A DNA stretch of 64,000 nt from Spirochaetia bacterium (lineage in GTDB: Bacteria > Spirochaetota > Spirochaetia > SZUA-6 > Bin103): contig CBDBDQ010000005.1 in the NCBI GenBank assembly GCA_965203905.1, positions 7,232,001-7,296,000 on the forward strand, written 5' to 3'. Below the pieces are notes generated by a model. The model had not been told where the DNA came from and did not search any database. It saw only the letters and a program-made list of their open reading frames with translations. The translations under genes and the position numbers were made by a program. Position 1 is the first letter of the stretch; each line of letters begins with the position of its first letter. Below are positions 18,874 through 28,345 of the stretch, piece by piece.

Positions 18874-19088
18874 GCTGACTGGCCGGCAACAGAAGCCGCA
18901 ATCCGGCTGACTTCGGTCTTGACCTCCACGGTTGAGCAGGAACAGATTATTGTGCAGTGCACCCTTACGGATATTGGGTATCGTCCCTGACGCCATGGGT
19001 CTGGACTCTACTGTTCAACAGCTCTCCGCAGGTGGTGCAGATCCAGTCTCAGCCATCGTAGCGGTGTTAGGCTGGGGCCTTTAATGTT

Positions 19089-20780
19089 ATGAGAGTTACT
19101 TCCATCCAAATCAACAATTTTCGGGGCATCAGGGATCTCAAGCTCGACCTGGGCCAGGTCACTGTCTTAGTCGGCGAGAACAACACGGGCAAGACTTCAG
19201 TGTTGGACGCACTGCGCCTTTGTCTTCGCGACCTTGGCCCGCGCCGGCGCGTGGTCTTTGACGCGCTGGACTTTCATCTTCCGGACGACACGACTGACCC
19301 CTCCTCCGCCGATCCGATAAGGATCGACATAGCGTTCTCAGAGGGCTCCAGCGGCGAGTGGAACGAACAACTAGTCGGTCGCCTCAACCGTGACGGGATT
19401 CTGCAAGTGGACGACGACGGTCGTGGACACGTGCGGCTGCGCGTAACCTGCGCTTATGCTCCTGCTGATCGGGAGTTTAGTCAAGATTGGTCGTTCCTCA
19501 ATCTTTCGGGAGATCAGTTGACCACCGTTGATGTGCGAGCCCTCACGAGACTACAGCAGGAGGTCTCGTACTTCTACCTTACCGCACTGCGCGATGCCGC
19601 ACATCATTTCGATGCACGGGGGCCGTTCTGGCGGCCGTTTCTCAAGGACTCTCAGCTCTCCGTCGAGAAGAAAGCCGAGATTGAGCAGAGACTGCGCGAA
19701 GTGAACGATCTTGTGGTGAATTCCCATACCAGCTTCGAGCAGGTACGTGAAGGACTTCGTCAAGTGCAGGACATTGTTCCACTCGCTGCTGATGAGGTCG
19801 TCTCGATCGAAGCGGTTCCCGGACGCATGTTCGATATGCTGGCAAGGGCTCAGCTATACCTCGGTACCACCTCCGGATCGAAAATCCCGGTTGGCCGGCA
19901 CGGTGAGGGCACTCAGAGTCTCTCGGTGCTGATGTTGTTCTCCGCCTTTCTTAAGGCGTGGCCCGAAGGATCTCCGATCATCGCCTTGGAGGAACCGGAG
20001 GCTCATCTGCACCCTTCGGCGATTCGGGCCCTGGCGCAACTCGTCGACGACTTCGGCGGGCAGAAGCTTGTCTCGACGCACAGCGGCGAATTTATCGCAG
20101 AAGTGGAGATCCGTGACATTCGGCGGTTGACCCGTAGCCCCGCAGGGATCAAGTCCTTCCGCGTTCCCCCAAAGCTGCTCTCCGCTGAAGAGACAAGGAA
20201 ATTCAACTATCACATTCGTCAGGGCCGGGGGGAACTGTTGTTTGCTCGCTGCTGGTTACTGGTGGAAGGAGAGACCGAGACCTGGGTGTACCCTGCCGCT
20301 GCCCGGGCGATGGGAGAGAACCTTCATCGCGAAGGCGTGAGGTTGGTTGAGTACCGCCAATCCGATGTCGGACTGCTTGCCAAAGTCGCTAACGCCCTTG
20401 GCATCAGTTGGTTTTGTGTAGGTGACGACGATGACGAGCGGACCAGCACCGAACCCAAGGTGCTGGAGAACCTGGACTCGGCTGCAGTGGCGGATCGCGT
20501 CGTATTCCCATACGTGGACATTGAGACTCACTTGTTGTCCAATGGATATGAAGCGATCTACCGGGAACAAATGCCGATGCAGAACCTGAAAAAGATCAGG
20601 TTACCAGCGTCGGACCCTGGCTACTGGAAAGAGTACGCCCAACATCTACCAGGACGGGCTAAGACCAGAGCTGCCGCCGATGTCGCCGCCGAATTGGAGC
20701 GACGCGGCGCGCCGGGAGTAACCCCCGAGATTCGTAGCGTACTGACCACGGTTATCGGTCTTTCGCGAGGGGAAGGTTAG
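19089..20780 (+). CDS. gajA: OLD-family ATP-dependent nuclease (ABC ATPase + TOPRIM), Gabija GajA-like
   Basis: NFRGI, GENNTGKT (Walker A), GEGTQS, EEPEAHLHP, STHS, LLVEGETE and DDDD TOPRIM motifs; visibly lower GC than flanks. Confidence 0.85.
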   Translation: MRVTSIQINNFRGIRDLKLDLGQVTVLVGENNTGKTSVLDALRLCLRDLGPRRRVVFDALDFHLPDDTTDPSSADPIRIDIAFSEGSSGEWNEQLVGRLNRDGILQVDDDGRGHVRLRVTCAYAPADREFSQDWSFLNLSGDQLTTVDVRALTRLQQEVSYFYLTALRDAAHHFDARGPFWRPFLKDSQLSVEKKAEIEQRLREVNDLVVNSHTSFEQVREGLRQVQDIVPLAADEVVSIEAVPGRMFDMLARAQLYLGTTSGSKIPVGRHGEGTQSLSVLMLFSAFLKAWPEGSPIIALEEPEAHLHPSAIRALAQLVDDFGGQKLVSTHSGEFIAEVEIRDIRRLTRSPAGIKSFRVPPKLLSAEETRKFNYHIRQGRGELLFARCWLLVEGETETWVYPAAARAMGENLHREGVRLVEYRQSDVGLLAKVANALGISWFCVGDDDDERTSTEPKVLENLDSAAVADRVVFPYVDIETHLLSNGYEAIYREQMPMQNLKKIRLPASDPGYWKEYAQHLPGRAKTRAAADVAAELERRGAPGVTPEIRSVLTTVIGLSRGEG

Positions 20781-22651
20781 TGACCAGATTCGAGCACCTC
20801 AATAAGAACCAACGTAAGGCGGTAACCTGGCACAACGGGCCGCTACTCGTGCTGGCAGGACCGGGTTCGGGCAAGACCGCAGTGTTGACACTTCGTGTTG
20901 CGCGGATTATCGAAGAGAACGAGCATGCGGCGGTGCTAGCGCTCACTTTCACCAACAAGGCCGCCGCCGAAATGCGAGAGCGCGTCGATAAGCTCCTTGG
21001 TCAGCGTGGCGAGCGCGCACACCTATGTACGTTTCATTCGTTCGCCGCCGAAATCCTCCGCCAGCACGGTAGCCATCTCGGATTACGACCCGATTTCAGC
21101 CTTCTTACGCAAGACGACGACCGCATCGCCATTCTCGAAGAGGCAATCGCCGAACTGCCCGACGAAGGTGATTCACTGCCGACAGATCGTAAGAATCTCA
21201 TCGCCTTCGTGGATCGACTCTTTGCCGAGTCGTATGACGGGGGAACAGAGGCTGCATCGTTGGCTCACACTCCCTCGTGGGTCCCGTTGCTTTACCGGGG
21301 CTACTGCGAGGCACTGCTCGCCGGCAACCGCCTGGACTTTGGTAGCCTGTTACACTTTACACGACAGCTCCTGAAAGAGAAGCCCGGTGTTGCCCGGGTG
21401 CTACGACTGGGGTGGACGCATGTCTGCGTCGACGAGTTCCAGGACACCAATAAGGCTCAGTATGACCTGCTTCGTCTTATCGCACCAGTAGAGCGCCACG
21501 ATCTATTCATAGTAGCGGACGACGACCAGATCATCTATCAGTGGAACGGAGCGAGCCCGAAACGGTTGCACGCGCTGCGCAACGACTACAATACCAAGAT
21601 CGTGCAACTACCTGAGTGCTATCGCTGCCCCGCACCGGTCGTCACGCTTGCAAACCGACTTATTGCCCACAATTCGGGAAGAGTTCACGACAAAGTGCCC
21701 ATATCCGCCCGCAGCACTTCGAGGGGCAGTCTCGATGTAGTCCGCGTTCTCGACCTTCCTTCACCAAACCAGGAGGCCAGGTTCATAGCAAATGACATCG
21801 TCGAGCGCAAAGTTTCGGCGTCTGATTGTGTCATCCTTGGACGCACCGCACGCTTGATTGGCGAAGTAGCGACTGCTCTGCGTGATGCCGGACATGAGGC
21901 TCACGTAGCTCGCAGAAAGAGCGACTTTGAATCACCAACGGTGCGCCTGTTGGTGGAGTCTCTCCGACTGGCAAACGCACGCCATGATCGTGACATCCTA
22001 CGAAGACTCTGCCTCGCTTGGGATGACCTGGTCGGCGTAACCCTTGAACCCGATGCGATCGCAGCCGCCGCCGCACTGGTAGGGGGCGACTTTTTGCGCG
22101 CATGGTCTGATGCCGCGGCCGGGGCCGTTTCTGGACGAGCAGCGAGCGTTTTGACGAGGATCCGATCCAATCTGGTGGACGCACTGGCTTTCCCTACGGT
22201 GGTGGACTGGTTTGTTGAACAAGGGTGGAGGTCCTGGAGTGGAGACAATGACCTTGGGCTCACCGAGCAGGAGGTCGAGACATGGAACACCCTCCACAGT
22301 GAGATCAGCCGCGAGTATGGCGGAAGCATTACGCTAAATTCCTACCTCATACACCTTGATCTAGCGTCAAAGGAGTCGCGTCCTGGAGGCAACTCGCTAC
22401 GTTGTATGACTGTACATGGCGCGAAGGGATTGGAGTTCAAACACGTGTATCTGATTGGGATGGCTCAGGAGGTATTTCCATCATTTCAGGCCCTGCGCAA
22501 CGGACGACGGAGCCGGCAACTAGAGGAAGAGCGTCGGAACTGCTTCGTGGCGATCACCCGTGCGGAGGAGACCCTGACGCTCACTCGGTCGCGGATGTAC
22601 TACGGATATCCCAAGGGCCCATCCCAGTTTCTCAGCGAGATGAGGCTGTAG
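20780..22651 (+). CDS. gajB: UvrD/Rep-family helicase, Gabija GajB-like
   Basis: AGPGSGKT, LTFTNKAA, TFHSF, VDEFQD, DDDQIIY, TVHGAKGLEF, EERRNCFVAITRA; start overlaps the OLD nuclease stop. Confidence 0.85.
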   Translation: MTRFEHLNKNQRKAVTWHNGPLLVLAGPGSGKTAVLTLRVARIIEENEHAAVLALTFTNKAAAEMRERVDKLLGQRGERAHLCTFHSFAAEILRQHGSHLGLRPDFSLLTQDDDRIAILEEAIAELPDEGDSLPTDRKNLIAFVDRLFAESYDGGTEAASLAHTPSWVPLLYRGYCEALLAGNRLDFGSLLHFTRQLLKEKPGVARVLRLGWTHVCVDEFQDTNKAQYDLLRLIAPVERHDLFIVADDDQIIYQWNGASPKRLHALRNDYNTKIVQLPECYRCPAPVVTLANRLIAHNSGRVHDKVPISARSTSRGSLDVVRVLDLPSPNQEARFIANDIVERKVSASDCVILGRTARLIGEVATALRDAGHEAHVARRKSDFESPTVRLLVESLRLANARHDRDILRRLCLAWDDLVGVTLEPDAIAAAAALVGGDFLRAWSDAAAGAVSGRAASVLTRIRSNLVDALAFPTVVDWFVEQGWRSWSGDNDLGLTEQEVETWNTLHSEISREYGGSITLNSYLIHLDLASKESRPGGNSLRCMTVHGAKGLEFKHVYLIGMAQEVFPSFQALRNGRRSRQLEEERRNCFVAITRAEETLTLTRSRMYYGYPKGPSQFLSEMRL

Positions 22652-22935
22652 TGCACTATGGGTGAACCGAACACCATGATGTGTGGAGCACGGCGACAGC
22701 CCTCCGCGGCCTCCAAGAGCCAAGGGCGCCCCGCGAGGCCTTGTCGATATGGGCGGACCGCGGCTCAGCCATAATCGATCAGCCTAGCTGGGCTTGGATC
22801 GCTGTTCGCTGTTGCAACAGAGGCACAGGTGCACAGGCGCCGTAGGGCCGTGTTAGGGACGTGCTGCCGCACTTGACGTCGAGTGCCATAGAATGGCAGG
22901 CTTGACCTCCAGCTACCTCATAGGAGTAAACCCAC

Positions 22936-23916
22936 ATGAGTGCGCTCAATCAGCAGCAGGTTGACCAGTTTCGGGAACAGGGATTCCTGAAGGTCGAAAG
23001 AGTGCTGGATCCGGCCACCCACCTCGATCCGGTGATCGAGGAATATACAGGGGTACTCGACTCCCTGGCCAAGGAGCTGTTCGCCGCCGGTGAGATATCC
23101 TCCACCTACGACGAGCTTCCGTTCGGCGAGCGGGTAACGCGAGTCTACGCCGAGAGTGGCCGCAATCACGCGCAGTACTTCGACTTCTCGCTGCCGTTCG
23201 CGAACGTCCGCGAGGACACGCCGTTCTGGTGCGGGCCGGCGGTGCTGAACGCCTTCACCGCGGAACCCCTGCTGGACGTGGTGGAAGCGCTCATCGGCCC
23301 GGAGATCTATTCCAACCCGGTGCAGCACGTGCGCATCAAGCCGCCGGAGAGCAGGCTGCCCAAGGATGGCAACGGCAAGCCGATCATCGGGGCCACCCAG
23401 TGGCATCAGGATCACGGCGTGGTGACCCCCGAGGCCGACGAGACCAACATGCTGACCGTCTGGTTCTCGCTCTACGACACGCCGGTCGAAGCGGGACCGC
23501 TGAAGGTCGTTCCACGCAGCCACACCGACGGCCTGCGCACCCACTGCCCCAACACCGGCCGCGCGATTCCGGAGAAGCTGTTCGAAGTCGACGCCACGGT
23601 GCCCGTTCCCACCGCGCGCGGCGACGTGGTGTGTCTGCACCGGCAGACGGTGCACGGTTCGCTGGCCAACGTCGGCAACGAGATCCGCTGGAGCTTCGAC
23701 CTGCGCTACAACCCGATCGGCCAGCACACCGGGCGCGGGGCGTTCCCCGGCTTCGTGGCCCGGAGCCGCAAGGCGCCGCACCGGGAACTGCGCGACGCCG
23801 ACGAGTGGCGTCGAAGCTGGGAAGAGTGCCGCCGGCGGATGGCCCACATCAACCAGGGGGGGGAGACCGACGTGCCCTTCGGCCGCTGGACCGACGGCCA
23901 TCCCGACTGCGCCTGA
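22936..23916 (+). CDS. PhyH-family dioxygenase
   Basis: FREQGFL, WHQD, LKVVPRSH, TVHGS..N..RWSFDLRY; AGGAG RBS. Confidence 0.9.
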   Translation: MSALNQQQVDQFREQGFLKVERVLDPATHLDPVIEEYTGVLDSLAKELFAAGEISSTYDELPFGERVTRVYAESGRNHAQYFDFSLPFANVREDTPFWCGPAVLNAFTAEPLLDVVEALIGPEIYSNPVQHVRIKPPESRLPKDGNGKPIIGATQWHQDHGVVTPEADETNMLTVWFSLYDTPVEAGPLKVVPRSHTDGLRTHCPNTGRAIPEKLFEVDATVPVPTARGDVVCLHRQTVHGSLANVGNEIRWSFDLRYNPIGQHTGRGAFPGFVARSRKAPHRELRDADEWRRSWEECRRRMAHINQGGETDVPFGRWTDGHPDCA

Positions 23917-24069
23917 GGTACCGGCCGCCATCCCGGAAATGCCGCCGAAGCCCGTGCCGGCGGCCCCTCGTCGACTCCGATCCAGCAGCGCGCCGCGAAA
24001 TACCGGCAGCACTCCACACCGGTTTCCACCGTGGGGTGGCGGAGTGACCCCCGCGCAACCGCTGCCCTG

Positions 24070-25272
24070 ATGGACTGCGAGTCGGCAGCCGATGCCACCC
24101 GGCGGGTGCTGGCCGCGGTAAGCAGCACGCGCCTGCTGGCCACCGCCCGGGCCCTGATCGACATACCGAGCCCGTCCGGGCAGGCCGGGGCGGCCGCCGA
24201 CCGGCTCGCCGAACTGCTTGCCGCTGACGGGTTCGCCGTGAGCCGACCGGTCGCCGACTGGCCGCCGGCGCCGGCGGTGGTGACCCGCCTCGAATCCGGC
24301 GCTCCCGGCCGCGTGCTGCAGTTCGACGGCCACCTCGACACCGTGCATCTGCCGTTCCGCGCCTCGCAGTTGCATGACCGCGGTGGCGGAAGCGTGCTGA
24401 CCGGCTCCGGTGCCGCGGACATGAAGGGCGGCATCGCCGCCGTGGTGGAAGCGTTGCGCGCCCTGCGCGACGTCGGCGTGCCGACGGCCGGATCAGTGCT
24501 GCTCACCGCCCACGAGCACCACGAAGGGCCGGTGGGAGACGGCCGCCAGGTGGCGGCGCTGGCGCGCGCCGGGATCCACGGCGACGCCGTGCTGCTGCCC
24601 GAGTACCAGGCGACGCCGCTGCCGTTGCGCGGTCGCGGCGCCGCGATCGTCAACCTCGTCCTGCGGCGCTCCGGCGAGCCGATCCACGAGGCGTTGCGCA
24701 CCGGCGAACTGCCCGACGTGGTCGCCGCGGGGGCGGAGCTGGTCCTGGAGCTCACGGCGCTGGGGCGCCGGCTGCGCGCGGAGAGCGGCGCCTCGCGCGC
24801 CGAGTCCGACTCCCTTTTCGTGGGCCGCTGCGCCGCCGGCGAGATCTACAACCAGGTCCCGACGGAGTGCCGCATCGAGGGCATCCGGCGCTGGGTGGAG
24901 CCCGGCCAAGGGGCGGCGGCGCGGGCCCAGGTGCTGGAGCTGGCCCAGGCGGTGGCCGAGCGCCACGGCCTGACCGTCTCCCTGCAGATGCAGACCCGCA
25001 CCGAGGCGTACTCCGTGGCCGCCACCGACCCCGTGGTCACTGCCCTTCAGGCTGCCTGCCGCGACGTCACCGGCAGCACGCTTCCCACCGGCCCCAAGCC
25101 GTTCGTGGACGACGGCAACCGCTACGCATTCCTCGCCGGCATCCCCGCACTCACCCACGGCCCGGCGGCCAGCGGCGCCCACACCACCGACGAGCAGGTG
25201 CCGGTCGCCGAGTTGCTGCGCGTGGCCCGGGTCTACGCCCTCACCGCCCTTGCCTACTGCGGGGCCGGCTGA
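24070..25272 (+). CDS. M20/ArgE/DapE-family metallopeptidase or deacylase
   Basis: FDGHLDTV, GAADMKGG, GAHTTDE; start uncertain (24031 or 24070). Confidence 0.88.
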   Translation: MDCESAADATRRVLAAVSSTRLLATARALIDIPSPSGQAGAAADRLAELLAADGFAVSRPVADWPPAPAVVTRLESGAPGRVLQFDGHLDTVHLPFRASQLHDRGGGSVLTGSGAADMKGGIAAVVEALRALRDVGVPTAGSVLLTAHEHHEGPVGDGRQVAALARAGIHGDAVLLPEYQATPLPLRGRGAAIVNLVLRRSGEPIHEALRTGELPDVVAAGAELVLELTALGRRLRAESGASRAESDSLFVGRCAAGEIYNQVPTECRIEGIRRWVEPGQGAAARAQVLELAQAVAERHGLTVSLQMQTRTEAYSVAATDPVVTALQAACRDVTGSTLPTGPKPFVDDGNRYAFLAGIPALTHGPAASGAHTTDEQVPVAELLRVARVYALTALAYCGAG

Positions 25273-25287
25273 CTGACACCACTACAC

Positions 25288-25614
25288 TCACCGACCTGTT
25301 CCGGATGCGTGGGGAGTCACGAGATCAAGTCGCGATGCCAGGCGATCCTCCTCGCTCTCAAGGTCGTACTGGTTTTGCAGGCCCATCCAGAACCTGGCGC
25401 TGTTTCCGAAGAAGCGTGAGAACAGCAGCGCCGTCTCCGCGGTAATGGCGCGCTGGCCATGAACGATGGCATGAATGCGCCGCGGGTCAACGCCAATTGC
25501 CTTGGCCAACCCGTACTGGGTGATGTTCATCGGCGACAGAAACTCCTCGGCGAGGACCTCTCCAGGATGAATCGGGGGTAGCTTGTTCCGTTCGTACTCG
25601 TTTTCTTTCAACAT
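25288..25614 (-). CDS. higA: HigA antitoxin (HTH)
   Basis: PPIHPGEVLAEEFL..ITAETAL..FGNSARFWMGLQNQYDL. Confidence 0.92.
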   Translation of the reverse strand: MLKENEYERNKLPPIHPGEVLAEEFLSPMNITQYGLAKAIGVDPRRIHAIVHGQRAITAETALLFSRFFGNSARFWMGLQNQYDLESEEDRLASRLDLVTPHASGTGR

Positions 25615-25669
25615 ATGTGCAAGTAACCATCCCAATGAAACGAGGCACCATGCCTCAATTTACCGAGAT

Positions 25670-25951
25670 TCAGTGGTAGTCCGTTATCTCTACCCGCTCA
25701 GCATCTCCGTCGACCCACACAAAGCACACTCGCCATTGGTCGTTGATGCGAATCGCGTGCTGTCCCGACCGATTGCCTTTGAGAGCCTTGAGCCGGTTGC
25801 CTGGCGGTATCCGAAGGTCATTCAGATCCGTCGCGTTGTTCAGCACCATCAGCTTCAGTTGCGCTTGTCGCTGAACGGCACGCGGCCACCTCGCGACGCG
25901 CTCCCGTTTGAATACCGCCTCGGTGTGTCGATCTCGAAAACTCCGAATCAA
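25670..25951 (-). CDS. higB: HigB (plasmid maintenance killer) toxin
   Basis: IRSF..DLRIPPGNRLKALKGNRSGQHAIRINDQWRVCF..VEITDYH; TTG start. Confidence 0.92.
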   Translation of the reverse strand: MIRSFRDRHTEAVFKRERVARWPRAVQRQAQLKLMVLNNATDLNDLRIPPGNRLKALKGNRSGQHAIRINDQWRVCFVWVDGDAERVEITDYH

Positions 25952-26000
25952 CGACGCCGGATAATAGCGCGCCGCGCTATTGGTGTCAAGCGCTATGCGA

Positions 26001-26116
26001 CCCGCCGCCACCGGCGCCCACACCGACGACGAACAGGTGCCGGTCGCCGAACTGCTGCGCATGGCCCGCGTCTACGCCCGCACCGCCCTCGCCTGCTGTA
26101 CTGCGCGGGTCCTTGA
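26001..26116 (+). repeat. Diverged copy of the M20 gene 3' end (25161-25272)
   Basis: [32 protein letters not shown] vs [32 protein letters not shown]. Confidence 0.9.
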
Positions 26117-26199
26117 CGGCGGCGCCGGGGCCGGCCCAGCAACCGTTGCGACGTTTCCGCGCTGCGGCGGTTGCGGCGGCAGTGGCGGGCGGCGGGTAA

Positions 26200-26228
26200 T
26201 TGACAGGAGCCGGCCGGATCACAATAAT
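26200..26228 (+). promoter_or_regulatory. Putative sigma70 promoter, sugar ABC copy 1
   Basis: TTGACA-17 nt-AATAAT; same boxes and spacing in copy 2 despite a diverged spacer. Confidence 0.65.
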
Positions 26229-26275
26229 GCAGGGCTGCTGTCCTCCGCGGCCCACCGGACGAGAAAGGAGAGAGG

Positions 26276-27250
26276 TTGGCGCAATCTGCAAACGCCCCCC
26301 CCCCCGGCGCAACGCGAGTTGAGTTGAACCTGGCGTTGCGCCGCAAGGCGTGGCGGGAATACTCGATCAACTGGGAGCTGTACCTGATGGCGCTGCTGCC
26401 GGTGATCTGGCTGGTCGTGTTCATGTACCTGCCGATGTACGGCAACGTGATCGCGTTCAAGCGGTTCGTGGCCTCCAAGGGCATCTGGGGCAGCCCGTGG
26501 ATCGGCTTCGACAACTTCGAGCGCTTCTTCACTTCGTTCAAGTTCGGGAACATCATGTGGAACACGTTCTTCCTGAACGCGTACGACCTGGTGCTCGGCT
26601 TCCCGATCCCGATCATCCTCGCCATCCTGCTGCACTACACCCCATTCCAGGGCTACAAGAAAACCGTGCAGATGGTCACCTACGCCCCCCACTTTATCTC
26701 CACGGTGGTGATGGTGGGCATCATCTTCAAGCTGTTCTCGCAGCGCATCGGCATCGTCAACGTGGCGCTCACCGCGCTCGGACTGCCGGAGTCCAACTTC
26801 CTCGGCTCACCGCTGTGGTTCCCGCACATCTACGTGTGGACCAACATCTGGCAGAACATGGGCTACGCCACGATCATCTTCCTGGCGGCCCTGTCGGCAG
26901 TCGACCCGGAACTGCACGAAGCGGCACGCGTCGACGGCGCCACCATCTGGCAGCGCATCTGGCACATCGATCTGCCCGGCATCGCGGCGGTGGTGATCAT
27001 CCTGCTGATCCTGCGCCTCGGACAGATTCTCAACATCGGCTTCGAGAAGGTGTTCCTGATGCAGAACACCGTCAACATCGTCGCCTCGGAGGTCGTGGAC
27101 ACCTACGTCTACAAGGTCGGGCTCGCGTCGCGCAATCCCAACTTCTCCTACGCCTCCGCGATCGGACTGTTCAAGAACGTGATCGCCTTCTTCCTGCTGA
27201 TCGCCGTCAACCGCATCGCGCGGCGCACCAGCGAGACCAGCCTGTGGTAG
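26276..27250 (+). CDS. Carbohydrate ABC permease (LplB-like), copy 1
   Basis: YLPMYG..IAFK, SPWIGFDNF, EAARVDGA, YVYKVGL. Confidence 0.93.
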   Translation: MAQSANAPPPGATRVELNLALRRKAWREYSINWELYLMALLPVIWLVVFMYLPMYGNVIAFKRFVASKGIWGSPWIGFDNFERFFTSFKFGNIMWNTFFLNAYDLVLGFPIPIILAILLHYTPFQGYKKTVQMVTYAPHFISTVVMVGIIFKLFSQRIGIVNVALTALGLPESNFLGSPLWFPHIYVWTNIWQNMGYATIIFLAALSAVDPELHEAARVDGATIWQRIWHIDLPGIAAVVIILLILRLGQILNIGFEKVFLMQNTVNIVASEVVDTYVYKVGLASRNPNFSYASAIGLFKNVIAFFLLIAVNRIARRTSETSLW

Positions 27251-27260
27251 GCGGGCACTG

Positions 27261-28247
27261 ATGGCAACCATGCGAAGGGCGGGGCTTGGCGGCTCCGGCG
27301 CTGCCGCTGCCGCGCTGCCGGGCGGCGGCAAACGCCGATCCTCCATCCGCCACGCCAAGGAAGACCGGCTGTTCTACGTGCTCGACGTGGGACTGCTCGG
27401 CTTCACCTTCCTGCTGGTCATCTACCCGCTGATCTACGTGGTCAGCTCGTCATTCAGCGATGCCCTCGAAGTGGTGGCCGGGCGGGTGTGGTTGTTGCCG
27501 GTCAAGCCCTCCCTGGAAGGCTACAAGGCGGTGTTCGAGTACAACGAGCTGTGGCTGGGCTACGGCAACACCATCTTCTACACCGTGTTCGGGACCATCT
27601 ACAACGTGGTCATGACCATGCTGATCGCCTACCCGCTGTCGCGCCGCGACTGCAAGGGGCGCGGCCTCCTGATGTTCCTGTTCACCTTCACCCTGTTCTT
27701 CCAGGGCGGGCTGATCCCCACCTACCTGCTGATCCGCAGCATCGGGCTAATCGACACCCGCGCGGCGCTGATCATTCCGTTTGCCATCGGGGTGTGGAAC
27801 GTAATCATCACCCGCACCTACCTGCAGTCCAACATCCCGGGCGAGCTGTACGAGGCGGCACGCGTCGACGGCGCCACCAACACGCGCATGCTGTGGAGCG
27901 TCGTATTGCCGTTGTCCGGTCCGATCATCGCCGTCATCACCCTGTTCTACGCGGTCAACCACTGGAACCAGTTCTTCAACGCGCTGGTCTACATCCGCCG
28001 CCAGGAGTTGCGTCCGCTGCAGATCATCCTGCGCGAGATCCTGGTGCTCAACTCGCCGGGGGTGATCGACCAGTTGATGGCCTCCGCCTCCCCGGAGCAG
28101 GTGGAAGCGCTACAGGCGCGCATGTACCTGCAGGGGTTGATCCAATTCGCGCTGATCGTGGTGGCCACCGCCCCGATTCTGGCGGTCTACCCGTTCGTGC
28201 AGAAGTACTTCGTGCGCGGCGTGATGATCGGGGCGTTAAAGGGATGA
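27261..28247 (+). CDS. Carbohydrate ABC permease (LplC-like), copy 1
   Basis: AYPLSR, GGLIPTY, EAARVDGA, YPFVQKYFVRGVMIGALKG. Confidence 0.93.
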   Translation: MATMRRAGLGGSGAAAAALPGGGKRRSSIRHAKEDRLFYVLDVGLLGFTFLLVIYPLIYVVSSSFSDALEVVAGRVWLLPVKPSLEGYKAVFEYNELWLGYGNTIFYTVFGTIYNVVMTMLIAYPLSRRDCKGRGLLMFLFTFTLFFQGGLIPTYLLIRSIGLIDTRAALIIPFAIGVWNVIITRTYLQSNIPGELYEAARVDGATNTRMLWSVVLPLSGPIIAVITLFYAVNHWNQFFNALVYIRRQELRPLQIILREILVLNSPGVIDQLMASASPEQVEALQARMYLQGLIQFALIVVATAPILAVYPFVQKYFVRGVMIGALKG

Positions 28248-28345
28248 GCCGGACGGCGCAAGGTAAATTGCAATTCGGAATCCGGGTGTTACCCGGAAAG
28301 AAACGAGATCGCGGCGCCAGGCCGCGAGAACGAGGAGCAGCACAC

